Virus record (IMG/VR): IMGVR_UViG_3300031994_000073
DNA from: an uncultured virus (IMG/VR IMGVR_UViG_3300031994_000073)
Taxonomy: Duplodnaviria > Heunggongvirae > Uroviricota > Caudoviricetes
Length of the DNA: 64,000 nucleotides
Direction: 5' to 3' (one strand)
Shown here in pieces: positions 55,057 to 64,000 of this stretch. Below the pieces are notes generated by a model, which was not told the origin of the DNA, did no database searches, and saw only the letters and a list, made by a program, of their open reading frames with translations. Position 1 is the first letter of the stretch. Every line of letters starts with the position of its first letter. Both the position numbers and the translations under genes were made by a program.

Positions 55057-56661
55057 TTAATAATCCATGTCTCCCTCTTCCACTTCCTCGCTTTCATCAC
55101 CACCTTCTGCCTTAGCAGCCTCAACTTTCTTCTTCAGTTCGGCAATTTCTCTTGCGAGCATTTCTTCGTTCTTCTTCCATTCATCAGTCTTATAACCAAG
55201 CATGTTTTCAAATACGAACTGCTTTGCGAAGATCGGAGGTGCTTCATCTGAATCGTCCTTAATGTTAGCACGGGTTGGAAGCATAGTAGAAACAGTTCCA
55301 AGAATACCTGTTCTCTTTTCTGCCATAGCCAAAGCTCTGAACTGAACAGTGTCAGTAGCAGGGATAAGGGAAATTTCATAAAGAGCGGAGTCAAGGTACT
55401 TTTCTTCATAGCCAGCGACTTGCAACTGAACCATGAAAATCTGCATGATAACATCAGCGAAACGTTCAGAGAATTCTTGACAACGTTTCTGGAACTGGCT
55501 TTCATCAAGGCTCAAACCATCTAAGCCTTGAACGTACTGAGAAGAACCAGCTTCTCCTTTCCAGCGAGTACCCGGAACTTCAAGAGCGTCAGCGACATCT
55601 TCTTTGAAACTGCTGATAGCGTCCTGAGCGCCATTGAACTCGGTAGATCCTTTCAATGTTTCAACAGAAGAACCTTGTCCGTTTCTGTCTTGCATGAACC
55701 AGATATCCTGAGTCATTGCTTGTGTATTAGCAGAACCAACTACAAGACCAGTTGTCGGGTCAAGATTCAAGTCTCTACGATACTGGCTGATAATCTGCTG
55801 CAAGTATTCAGGCTGGCGAGAGGTTGCCATCTGACCACCGTAGATCTTCCAGATTCTCTTTTCAGGAGCACGAACAATGAAATACACAGTCTGTGCATCT
55901 TGAATAGCGCGAAGCTGGTTTATAGGCTTAATAGCAGCCTCTAGATGTCCTCTAACATCGTTAAGGTTGTTGCCATAATATTTACCGTAATTTGCGTACG
56001 CAATCTCATTACGGGTGAACGTTTTAAGTTCCTTCTTTGCGAAGCTCGGGTCAACAAGTGATGGATCCTGAACGAAGCCAGTAAGAACTCCTTCTTCATA
56101 TACACACAATGTGCAGTATGGTGGAAGTACCTTAATGCCAGCGACACAGTTCTTTTCATCATTAAGACAGATTTCAAGGAAGATTTCACCGTCAATAAGC
56201 CACTTGCGGAAAAGTGACTTTACTTCTGACTTCTTAATTACACTGTTGATAACCCAGTCAAATTCTTTCTTCAATGAGTCAAATTCGGAGTTCGTAAAAT
56301 ACTTCTTCTGTGACTCTACAATGTCAAACTTAGCGACTTCGCCAGTCACTGTTCTTGAGCAGCATTCGCCAACAATGATATTCAACATCTTCTTAACGAA
56401 GGCGTACAAAGCCATGTTACGATAGAAGTTGATACGCTGTCTCTTAGAAGAAAAGACAGTATCAAAGATTATGTTGTTTTGCTCGAAAGGGTAGGCCGGA
56501 GCCGCCTGACCCGTAATGCCTCTAATGTACTTGCTTAAATCAAGTGTGTCTTCGCCAACGCCGTAAGAGTTCAGCTTGGCGGTCATCTCACGAGTCTGTA
56601 CTTTGTCAGGAAGTACCTGTAAGAACTTTGGTGATAGCGGGTTAAAAAGACTGAAATTCAT
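55057..56661 (-). CDS. portal protein (gp20-like)
   Basis: FRKWLIDG, HLEAAIKPINQLRAIQDA..YFIVRAPEKRIWKI, VETLKG. Confidence 0.93.
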   Translation of the reverse strand: MNFSLFNPLSPKFLQVLPDKVQTREMTAKLNSYGVGEDTLDLSKYIRGITGQAAPAYPFEQNNIIFDTVFSSKRQRINFYRNMALYAFVKKMLNIIVGECCSRTVTGEVAKFDIVESQKKYFTNSEFDSLKKEFDWVINSVIKKSEVKSLFRKWLIDGEIFLEICLNDEKNCVAGIKVLPPYCTLCVYEEGVLTGFVQDPSLVDPSFAKKELKTFTRNEIAYANYGKYYGNNLNDVRGHLEAAIKPINQLRAIQDAQTVYFIVRAPEKRIWKIYGGQMATSRQPEYLQQIISQYRRDLNLDPTTGLVVGSANTQAMTQDIWFMQDRNGQGSSVETLKGSTEFNGAQDAISSFKEDVADALEVPGTRWKGEAGSSQYVQGLDGLSLDESQFQKRCQEFSERFADVIMQIFMVQLQVAGYEEKYLDSALYEISLIPATDTVQFRALAMAEKRTGILGTVSTMLPTRANIKDDSDEAPPIFAKQFVFENMLGYKTDEWKKNEEMLAREIAELKKKVEAAKAEGGDESEEVEEGDMDY

Positions 56662-56675
56662 TTATTGCCTCTACC

Positions 56676-57449
56676 TTATTTATTCAATTTTGCAGTGAAG
56701 ACGTTTATCATTGGCAACATTTTTGCATAAAGCTTAGCAGGAACTGAATTTCTGAATCTTATCTTCAATGCGTCATCAGCAAGCACAAAGTCATGCGCTG
56801 CCATGTTGATGAACTCAATGTTGTCCATAAGATTGTCAGTTATCTGGGCTTTGATGTCATCATCAATTTCGTAAATCTCGCCGCCCTGCTCTCTGTAGTC
56901 TGGATTGATTGAAACAAGTTCATTCTTTGTGTAGATGTCAATGACCTGTTCAAGCCAAGATGAATCGTTCACTAATTCTGAGAAGAAATCAAAACACCAG
57001 TCATTACCATTTTCATCAGTGAAAAGATACGAATGAGGAGCCTCGAGTAAAAGGCTCTCCTTCATATTTGGATGAATCGTTCTTTCTTCATCTGGTCCTT
57101 GTAACTTTGGAAGATGTCCATCTGGACCACGAGAAAAAACGATGTCCGGCAATTTCTTGTTATAGTGCTGAAGACCAACATTACGACGAGCAATAAAAGA
57201 TCTGCGACGTTTCAACTCAATAAGACCGATTCTTGACTTTCTCTTGAGTTTACCACGGCGCTGACCAATTTTGCGTTTACGTCTTTCAGTAGCAGTGATT
57301 CTTACTTCCTTAGGGTTACCGTCTTTATCAAAAGCAACACGATAACGACCTTTCTTAGTAGTGACCCACTTCTTTACTCGTTTGCCGTTACGCACTACCC
57401 ACTTGACACGTAGTGCTTCATTCAATGCGTAGTCTTCTAAATTCTCCAT
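56676..57449 (-). CDS. prohead core protein-like (gp68-like basic N-terminus)
   Basis: LNEA..VVRNGKRVKK..GRYR..ERRKRKIG. Confidence 0.55.
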   Translation of the reverse strand: MENLEDYALNEALRVKWVVRNGKRVKKWVTTKKGRYRVAFDKDGNPKEVRITATERRKRKIGQRRGKLKRKSRIGLIELKRRRSFIARRNVGLQHYNKKLPDIVFSRGPDGHLPKLQGPDEERTIHPNMKESLLLEAPHSYLFTDENGNDWCFDFFSELVNDSSWLEQVIDIYTKNELVSINPDYREQGGEIYEIDDDIKAQITDNLMDNIEFINMAAHDFVLADDALKIRFRNSVPAKLYAKMLPMINVFTAKLNK

Positions 57450-57461
57450 GTATTATTTATC

Positions 57462-58619
57462 TTAAATCAGATCTTTTCTTGTTGACTGATTGTCAATCAT
57501 ATTTAGCCACTGATTGACATGCTTGTCACTTTCAAGCCAAGTTCCGCTTGTGTTGATAAATGAATACTGCCAGTTAAGAACCTTGTTATAGTTCTCCTTC
57601 TTGCAAAGTTTCCAGAACTGTTCGTCAAGCTCAGTGTATGTACAGTTCAACTTTACTTGAGAATCTGGATGTGCATCACGATATGGCGAGTCCTTGAAGA
57701 CCGTTCCCATAAAGACCATTCCAGAAGCGCAAGATTCATAGAAACGAAGGCTTGACTTGCACTTGTTGAATGAATTCTCTACAAGAGGGGCAATACAGAA
57801 GTCAGCGTTCAAGTCCATCACCTGACGTGGGAACGAGTTCGTATCTACCCAAGGACAGATATAGATTTCATCCTTGATAGGTTCAAAGAACCAAGGCAAA
57901 CCACCCATTACGACAAAGTTGATTTTGTGTTCTCTGACATTCTTAATTACCCAGTCGAGCCAGACGTTGTCAAAGTCGCCTTTAAGAGGAGGCAGACCAT
58001 TTGGGAACATCTGGCATTTTGGGACTGGGTTCTGGTAATGGCAAGGAGAACCAGAATAAAGAATCGTCGGTTTCTTAAGATCCTCAGTGATGTCCTTTTT
58101 ACGAGGGAAACTCCACATGAAGCGTGGAATTACATTCTTAATCACGGTGACGTTATGAACATCAAACTTCTTTTCAATCTGTTCTTTAAGATATTCTGTC
58201 GAGACAACGATTTCATCAAACCACGGAAGAATAGTAGCACAGTTCTTGTCTACTTCATCTTTATTGAAACCACGGCTTGCTGTGTTGTATTCTGGCAGAA
58301 CTTCGCCATCAATAGAGAAAACCTGGTCATCTGTTTCAAAGATCATCTTATAGCCGTACTTAGGCTGAATAGTCTTGTAACGGCGAACAAATTCTATCTT
58401 GTCATCATGAACAGGTCGCTGAAAAATAATTGCCTTAGCCCTTGACAAGTAGAATGCGTCAAACATCGGATAAGGCAATACGATAGGCGTGAAGCCAAGA
58501 TGCTCATAAGCGCCCAAGAACAAAGAGTTCCATCTAAGGCGATAATGACTGCATCCTGATCTGTCAGCCGCAATGATAAGAACTAAGTCTTTGCCATCGT
58601 TCGTTCTGGCACTTAGCAT
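57462..58619 (-). CDS. putative glycosyltransferase
   Basis: SGCSHYRL, FETDD, VVSTEYLK, IAPLVENSFNKCKS.LRFYE. Confidence 0.8.
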   Translation of the reverse strand: MLSARTNDGKDLVLIIAADRSGCSHYRLRWNSLFLGAYEHLGFTPIVLPYPMFDAFYLSRAKAIIFQRPVHDDKIEFVRRYKTIQPKYGYKMIFETDDQVFSIDGEVLPEYNTASRGFNKDEVDKNCATILPWFDEIVVSTEYLKEQIEKKFDVHNVTVIKNVIPRFMWSFPRKKDITEDLKKPTILYSGSPCHYQNPVPKCQMFPNGLPPLKGDFDNVWLDWVIKNVREHKINFVVMGGLPWFFEPIKDEIYICPWVDTNSFPRQVMDLNADFCIAPLVENSFNKCKSSLRFYESCASGMVFMGTVFKDSPYRDAHPDSQVKLNCTYTELDEQFWKLCKKENYNKVLNWQYSFINTSGTWLESDKHVNQWLNMIDNQSTRKDLI

Positions 58620-58648
58620 AATAACCTCACATCAACTCAAATTCTAAC

Positions 58649-59686
58649 TTATTTATCCATATCAGCAAGAGTATTGCGAACGTTCTGAGTATCGTTCTTC
58701 ATCTTGGCAAGTTCTTCCTTGCGAGCATCACGGAGCTTAGTAAGTGCTTGCTTGATCTTCAATACCAAGTAACGATAAGTACGTTCATCAACATTTTCAC
58801 CGACTTTCTTAAGCAAATAAGTAGCGTTCTTCGGATTCTGGAAGATTACATCTTCGTCCTTAAGCAACTTACCGTTGAAAACGATTGTGATGACCTTCTT
58901 AACTGCATCAATCTCAGCAAGTTCAATGTCAGGAAGTGCTTCAATGACAGCGTTAAGCGACTTCATGATTCCGTCTACGTCAAGGACGCATGCGCCATTT
59001 GGCTCGGGTTCGCCAAGTTCGCCTTTCTTCTGGTTGTTAGCGAAGTCAGGATCGTCTTCATGATTTGCTAGATCATAAGGATCGTCTTCATTCGGTTCAT
59101 CGTTATTCTGGCTGCCATCAATGTTTTCATCACCTTCTTCAGCGAACGGATCTCCGCCGTCGCCTCCGAAACCGCCGTCATCGCCTCCAAATCCGCCATC
59201 ATCACCGAATGCGGCGTCATCGGCTGGTGCATCATCACCGAATGCAGCGTCTCCAGTGTCTGTTTCGCCGAAATCCGGTTCATCATCAGCTTCTGTCAAC
59301 TTGAATGGAACATACTTAAATTCTGTGAGCTTAATAGGCTTGACCCTTTCACACATAAATTCAGAAATGTCTTTCATTCGTTTCTCCTTTTTAAAATAGG
59401 CAGCTACTGCCTTTACAATATCCAATTTCTTCAAGTGCTTTGTTTTAGAACCAGTAAAGTAGTCAAAGAAAATTCGTGCATTCTTTGAGTTTTGCTTTGC
59501 CAGTAGACACATTAAATTTTCTTCGTCTTCGTCAAGAATCATCTTGACAATCAATTCCATAAGTTCTTCATTTGTGTCTACTATACTTTCGTAAAGCGAC
59601 TCATCTGTTGTTTTTATATATCTCTTACAGAAACGCGAAAAGAACTTATCACGATTTTCTATCTTATAAAAAACTGAATAAAGCAT
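58649..59686 (-). CDS. hypothetical protein with acidic Gly/Asp linker
   Basis: 345 aa; (A/G)FG(D/G)D repeats; may be two domains or have an internal start. Confidence 0.6.
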   Translation of the reverse strand: MLYSVFYKIENRDKFFSRFCKRYIKTTDESLYESIVDTNEELMELIVKMILDEDEENLMCLLAKQNSKNARIFFDYFTGSKTKHLKKLDIVKAVAAYFKKEKRMKDISEFMCERVKPIKLTEFKYVPFKLTEADDEPDFGETDTGDAAFGDDAPADDAAFGDDGGFGGDDGGFGGDGGDPFAEEGDENIDGSQNNDEPNEDDPYDLANHEDDPDFANNQKKGELGEPEPNGACVLDVDGIMKSLNAVIEALPDIELAEIDAVKKVITIVFNGKLLKDEDVIFQNPKNATYLLKKVGENVDERTYRYLVLKIKQALTKLRDARKEELAKMKNDTQNVRNTLADMDK

Positions 59687-59689
59687 TAC

Positions 59690-60286
59690 CTACTCTAAGT
59701 TAAATTTTGGTTCTATTTGACTTTCAATTTCAATCGCTTCCTTCTCTGCCTTTTCAGCCATGTCAAGGAGCTGCGATGAAGTGAAGATCATATTGTTCTG
59801 AATGTAAGTATCGCCACCGCCTTCGCCGTTAGCGCCTTGGTCAGCTCTAAGCTGCATAAGGCGTTCTTTCTGTTCCATGTTAGCACGCTGCAGTTCTTCA
59901 CGTGTTTCTTGAACCTGATAATCAGTGATGATCTTGTTTAACTGTTCCAGTTCCTTCAAGTGCGATGCCTGTGTGCTAGACAATGAAGAATAGACTTCAA
60001 AGTAACGAGGGGCAGCGCCAACTTTACACATCTGGCGAAGAGTCTCAAGAACATCGCCGTCGGCGTGTATCTTCTCTTGCCACATTGTCTCAAGTAGTTT
60101 CAGATGCTTTAGCGTATACTTCTGACCTTTCCAAGTAACGATTTTCTTTTCGTCATCGTTTTCTTCTTGTTCTCGTTCAGCACGCAAATCTTGAACTACT
60201 TGCGGGGTAAGTTCTTCTTTAACCTTCTCTTCAGAGGTAGGCTTGATGTTAAATGTATCGCACAATGTTTTGAACTGTTCTTCCAT
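59690..60286 (-). CDS. terminase small subunit (gp16-like)
   Basis: APRYFEVYSSL...LKEL and C-terminal QNNMIFTSSQLL. Confidence 0.65.
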   Translation of the reverse strand: MEEQFKTLCDTFNIKPTSEEKVKEELTPQVVQDLRAEREQEENDDEKKIVTWKGQKYTLKHLKLLETMWQEKIHADGDVLETLRQMCKVGAAPRYFEVYSSLSSTQASHLKELEQLNKIITDYQVQETREELQRANMEQKERLMQLRADQGANGEGGGDTYIQNNMIFTSSQLLDMAEKAEKEAIEIESQIEPKFNLE

Positions 60287-60356
60287 AAAAATATTTATTA
60301 GGCTGGAAAAAGCGGTAGCAAAACGCTACCGCTCTCAGGTTTTAGAACTTTATGAA

Positions 60357-61148
60357 TTATTCGCCGTCGCCGTACTGCTGCTTGAATACTTGAGCACGGA
60401 ATTCTTTACGTGCTCCATCAACGCGGTTCTTAATCTTGGCTTTAACAAGTGCCATGATAATTGGTTCGAGTTTATCAAAACGATGCTGATAAATCTTTCC
60501 AGTCATGTATTTGCTGTTTTCATTCAAGATCTTTCCTGGTTCGCAAAGTTCCTTCATTACAGATTCAACTGTTGCACTTTCTGGCGGCAATTCATTTTCA
60601 TCTTCTTCGGAATTTTCTTCTTCGCCATCAAAATCGTCGTGTGACTTAGCTGGCTTTTCTTCTCCGTCTTCTGATTCAGGTTCGCCTTCTGGTTCTCCCT
60701 CAGGTTCACCACCTTCAGGCTCTCCTTCAGGTTCAGCGGCAGGTTCTTCCAATGCAGGCTCAGCTGGTGCAGGTTCAGCAGCAGGTTCTGCAGACTGTTC
60801 CTGATTTGCTTGCATATCCTTAATCTGTTGGGTAAGTTCCTGAACTGCAGTAGTCAATGTCTGCAATGCGTCAAGCTGGTCACGTTGAACGTCATCATCG
60901 CTTGCGCCTTCAACACCGGTTTCTTCTGCATGTGACTCTTCCGGTGTGCCTTCTTCCGGAGCAGGCTCGCCACCTTCTACTGGTTCTTCAGCGGGATCAT
61001 TATCAGGATCGTCATTAGCAGGAACGCCTTCTTCTGGAAGTTCCGGCTCAGTGTTTTCTGGTGACTGGATTGGCGCTTCCTCTCCGTCAAGGAATCCTTC
61101 AGAAAGGCTCAACTTTTTACGATTCTTCTTTGTTACTGTTTTTCCCAT
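60357..61148 (-). CDS. acidic Glu/Pro-rich protein, possible prohead core protein
   Basis: 263 aa, EPEG repeats. Confidence 0.6.
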   Translation of the reverse strand: MGKTVTKKNRKKLSLSEGFLDGEEAPIQSPENTEPELPEEGVPANDDPDNDPAEEPVEGGEPAPEEGTPEESHAEETGVEGASDDDVQRDQLDALQTLTTAVQELTQQIKDMQANQEQSAEPAAEPAPAEPALEEPAAEPEGEPEGGEPEGEPEGEPESEDGEEKPAKSHDDFDGEEENSEEDENELPPESATVESVMKELCEPGKILNENSKYMTGKIYQHRFDKLEPIIMALVKAKIKNRVDGARKEFRAQVFKQQYGDGE

Positions 61149-61180
61149 GTTCTATCTCCTAAAACCTTTTTCTAAATTAT

Positions 61181-61576
61181 TTATAAACTCTTTAGAAAAT
61201 CTTTAAATTCATCACTGTCTTTTAACTCTTTGAAGGCTTGATGAATCTTAAAAGCCTCCGCAAACGATTTTTCTGCATTTGCGATTTCAGTTTCAAATGA
61301 TTCATAGTACTGTGAAATGTACGTCTTAAGATCTGCTTTGTTTGCCTTTTCAAATACGCCGAACAGACCAATCGGTGAGTAGATTGATTTAAGTGCCTTT
61401 GTGTCAAACTGCTTTGCGACAGTTTCAGCCTTTTCAATCACCTTCTTAAGAACTTCGTCCTTCTTTGTTTCATCAGGGCAGTTATTCGCAAGCTTTGCGA
61501 TAACAAGCGTGTAGATGAGAGGATTGTCCTCTAACTTACTGAACTCTTTGCTTTCATTCACAAAATCTCTAAACAT
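61181..61576 (-). CDS. hypothetical protein
   Basis: 131 aa, MFRDFVNES start. Confidence 0.7.
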   Translation of the reverse strand: MFRDFVNESKEFSKLEDNPLIYTLVIAKLANNCPDETKKDEVLKKVIEKAETVAKQFDTKALKSIYSPIGLFGVFEKANKADLKTYISQYYESFETEIANAEKSFAEAFKIHQAFKELKDSDEFKDFLKSL

Positions 61577-61899
61577 TATTTAGCTCCTTTCTTATTAGAC
61601 AATTCAGACGTAGTAGCGAGACGCTCAAGTGCCAAAGCCATAGTTTGAAGTGTTGTCTTAATCTCCTTAACGTCTTCTTTAATATCGGAGTGTTCGTTCT
61701 TTAGATTTTCTATATCTTTTTTCATGAGCTCTTTCTCCGTCTTAAGTTTGGCAATTTCTTGCTCCAGCGCCATAATCGCCGCGTCTCGAGCTGCAGCGGT
61801 ATTCTTACGCTGAAAGTATATCACAAGATAGCAAATGATAAAGCAAACGATTGCCACAACATTACCACTATTCAAAATTGTCGTCAAGATAGCTTCCAT
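61576..61899 (-). CDS. putative holin-like membrane protein
   Basis: One N-terminal TM helix plus coiled coil. Confidence 0.45.
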   Translation of the reverse strand: MEAILTTILNSGNVVAIVCFIICYLVIYFQRKNTAAARDAAIMALEQEIAKLKTEKELMKKDIENLKNEHSDIKEDVKEIKTTLQTMALALERLATTSELSNKKGAK

Positions 61900-62955
61900 T
61901 TAGTCCTCATTAAACCAAATAATGTTATTGCCTACACAAGCAGCAGGATCTGCTCCTGATGTTGACCACTTGTATTCTACAATCTTGTTCTTAAGAGCGT
62001 TGACCTCATTATATGCAGAAACGCCTTTGTCCATTTTATCAACGGCGCTTTGGTCAAGGTCAATCTGATAAACATCATCTGAAAGTTGTGATACTTTAAT
62101 GTAATCACCGCTCTGATACTTAACGCTTTCCTTGACGAGTTCTTCAATAACTGCTATCGCAGAACCGTAACCTCCAATGCGTTTCCAAAGCTCTTGAATT
62201 GCTGACCAGTTATGCTCAATGCTTGCCCACTGCGAAGCATCAGTCAAATCATTGTCATTAAAACGATAATCAAAGGCATTTACCCACCAAGCCATCGCAT
62301 CGGAAATCCAAGGAGGATCTTTTTCTTTTGCTGGGAACGGAACATTATATCCAGAATATGCACTGCTTTCTGCAAGTGTAATAACCTGTGGATAATTCTC
62401 GTCATTTACTTGCTTAAAGTGTCTGATGATTGAATTAAGAAGTTCACGACTCATGAACAACTGCTGATAGTTACGAACGCCATAAGGCTTAGCGCTGGTG
62501 CCATCGCCTTCAATAGAATTTTCATCTACGTAAAAACTGTCGGCCTTTCTATTGATAGCAGAAGTCAATTCGTCACATGCAGAAGTAAGCGCCATTTCAA
62601 AGGCGGAAATCTGATCCCATTGAGGCTTGCCTTCCTGAACTAATCCGTATGTTTCATTCCACTTATCTGCACTGGAAGCAATTTCTCCATAGGCACTTGC
62701 GCCTGACGCAAATTTAGCCCAGTCTTCAGGAGAAATGCCTGAAACTGTTTCATAGGCTTGGTTCCAGTTAGCTACATCGCCTGAAGTAACACAAACGCAT
62801 TCAGGCTCATCATCTGGACAGCACTCATGTCCAGGTGGAACGACAAAAGCATGTTCCACATCATTGGGTATACGGTGGTGCGGGTGACAATAGTCACCTG
62901 GCGGAATCAAACCCGGCTTACCAAAATATTCTGGACTCATGTTAACCATACTCAA
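61900..62955 (-). CDS. hypothetical virion protein
   Basis: 351 aa; repeated WNxxY motif, IEGDGT..PYGV fibre-like motif. Confidence 0.55.
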   Translation of the reverse strand: MSMVNMSPEYFGKPGLIPPGDYCHPHHRIPNDVEHAFVVPPGHECCPDDEPECVCVTSGDVANWNQAYETVSGISPEDWAKFASGASAYGEIASSADKWNETYGLVQEGKPQWDQISAFEMALTSACDELTSAINRKADSFYVDENSIEGDGTSAKPYGVRNYQQLFMSRELLNSIIRHFKQVNDENYPQVITLAESSAYSGYNVPFPAKEKDPPWISDAMAWWVNAFDYRFNDNDLTDASQWASIEHNWSAIQELWKRIGGYGSAIAVIEELVKESVKYQSGDYIKVSQLSDDVYQIDLDQSAVDKMDKGVSAYNEVNALKNKIVEYKWSTSGADPAACVGNNIIWFNED

Positions 62956-62974
62956 TACCTATTGTTTATTTTAT

Positions 62975-63304
62975 TTATTTGAGATCTTCAATAGGTATGG
63001 ACTCAATCTCCTTGATTGCTTCGTCTATCTCTTTTCTAGCCCTTTTCTCCCAAATGTCTGCTACTCTGTCGTAAATGTAGTCAAAATTTTCGTCTTCTTT
63101 TACATCAACAATCAACTCCAGCAAATCATCTCGCTTTTTGACGATGTTCCAGTAAAACAAGCACGAAAGCACTTGCTTGTTGACATTGACTGAAAATAAC
63201 TGTGACCATGTCATGTGAAGGTTATTCATTATTGCGTCAGGATCTTTTGAGTTAAACAGCGCTATCATCTCTGTAATTGATTGCTTTAATTCTCGCTTTT
63301 TCAT
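62975..63304 (-). CDS. hypothetical protein
   Basis: 109 aa ORF. Confidence 0.65.
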   Translation of the reverse strand: MKKRELKQSITEMIALFNSKDPDAIMNNLHMTWSQLFSVNVNKQVLSCLFYWNIVKKRDDLLELIVDVKEDENFDYIYDRVADIWEKRARKEIDEAIKEIESIPIEDLK

Positions 63305-63342
63305 ATTCTACCTCTAGTTAAAATATAACTATTTTTAGAAGA

Positions 63343-63376
63343 AAAAAGAAATGCACGGATTTTATTTCCGTGCATT
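63343..63376 (-). terminator. intrinsic terminator
   Basis: AATGCACGGA/TCCGTGCATT hairpin plus T-rich run. Confidence 0.75.
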
Positions 63377-63397
63377 GAGTGAATGTGGTTTCTTGTA

Positions 63398-63985
63398 TTA
63401 CTTATACTTTTCGCGAAGCATGTTCAAGAACTTGTTAGCGACATCTGCAATTTCTGCATCAAAACTAGCATTAAGTTTCTGCTGTTGAATATATCCAGGT
63501 AGCTGACAAAGAGCATCTAATGGATTTGTTTCATTTATCAGTTTCTTTTTAAGTTCTTTGTCTTTTATGGCTTTATCAACCAATGCTTTTGCTGATTTTA
63601 TCCATCTATCGTACTCTGTCTTGAATTCATTATCGTCTTTAATCAAAACAAGTTCTTTAATTTTATTTATAAGTGCAGCAATTTCCGATTTGACTGACGG
63701 CTGCTGTTGCTGCGTAGCTTGCGATGGTTGTTCATCTTCAAGCATGTCAATCATATCTTCAGCAAGTATCATCTCAAAATAGGTTTCAGACTTAGACTTA
63801 CCCGTGAATGATTCTACATGTAATGCTTTAACTGCATTTCTATATTGTGGAATTGTTGCTTTTACATTTTCTTTTTTGCCACTTGTAGCTATAAATTTTT
63901 TGATTTTACCAGCTAATGTCTTCAAACTACCTGGGTTTGGATTGTCTGCTAATGCACTAATATCATCTTTGATTTCATTAGCCAT
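63398..63985 (-). CDS. hypothetical protein (may extend past the window edge)
   Basis: ORF track 195 aa. Confidence 0.6.
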   Translation of the reverse strand: MANEIKDDISALADNPNPGSLKTLAGKIKKFIATSGKKENVKATIPQYRNAVKALHVESFTGKSKSETYFEMILAEDMIDMLEDEQPSQATQQQQPSVKSEIAALINKIKELVLIKDDNEFKTEYDRWIKSAKALVDKAIKDKELKKKLINETNPLDALCQLPGYIQQQKLNASFDAEIADVANKFLNMLREKYK

Positions 63986-64000
63986 TTTCTGATGTTCAGG

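Noticed and set aside
59121..61206. Ser/Pro/Gly-rich + strand ORFs (59121..59399, 60505..60804, 60946..61206)
   Set aside because: Antisense shadows of acidic low-complexity minus-strand genes.
1..64000. CRISPR array
   Set aside because: No regularly spaced identical repeats; the repeats seen are promoters, tRNA T arms or low-complexity coding DNA.
1..64000. Stop-codon reassignment
   Set aside because: Conserved genes are full length in the standard code, TAG and TGA end genes at sensible points, and no suppressor tRNA with a proper anticodon arm was found.

Overview
This 64-kb window is part of a large T4-like (myovirus-type) phage genome with four zones. (1) 1-4000 and 13200-22600 (minus strand) hold small early hypothetical genes driven by sigma70-like promoters (13 copies of one 37-bp consensus across 1197-22630), plus a MoxR-type AAA ATPase / VWA / HEXXH-peptidase trio. 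(2) 4083-13182 (minus strand) is an RNA-gene island with 36 tRNA or tRNA-like genes covering all 20 amino acids, three DUF559/Vsr-like putative homing endonucleases and many structured spacers. (3) 22600-23280 is an AT-rich divergence point with direct repeats. (4) 23280-64000 is the late/virion region: terminase C-half, M15 peptidase, baseplate, late sigma factor, tail tube, portal, scaffold, major capsid and small terminase. The most unusual signals are: endonuclease cassettes sitting in broken tRNA genes next to an intact, divergent tRNA; two D-arm-less tRNAs (CAT, TCT) in which a 6-bp pairing with an enlarged variable region appears to replace the D stem; a four-copy RNA family with a covarying terminal stem and CAGCA motif; a 374-nt RNA with tRNA-like ends that is not a canonical tmRNA; near-universal CTA instead of CCA 3' ends; and a terminase fragment that begins with the C-part of an atypically split intein. 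All calls come from manual reading and motif recognition. No searches or folding programs were run, and RNA boundaries may be off by a few nt.
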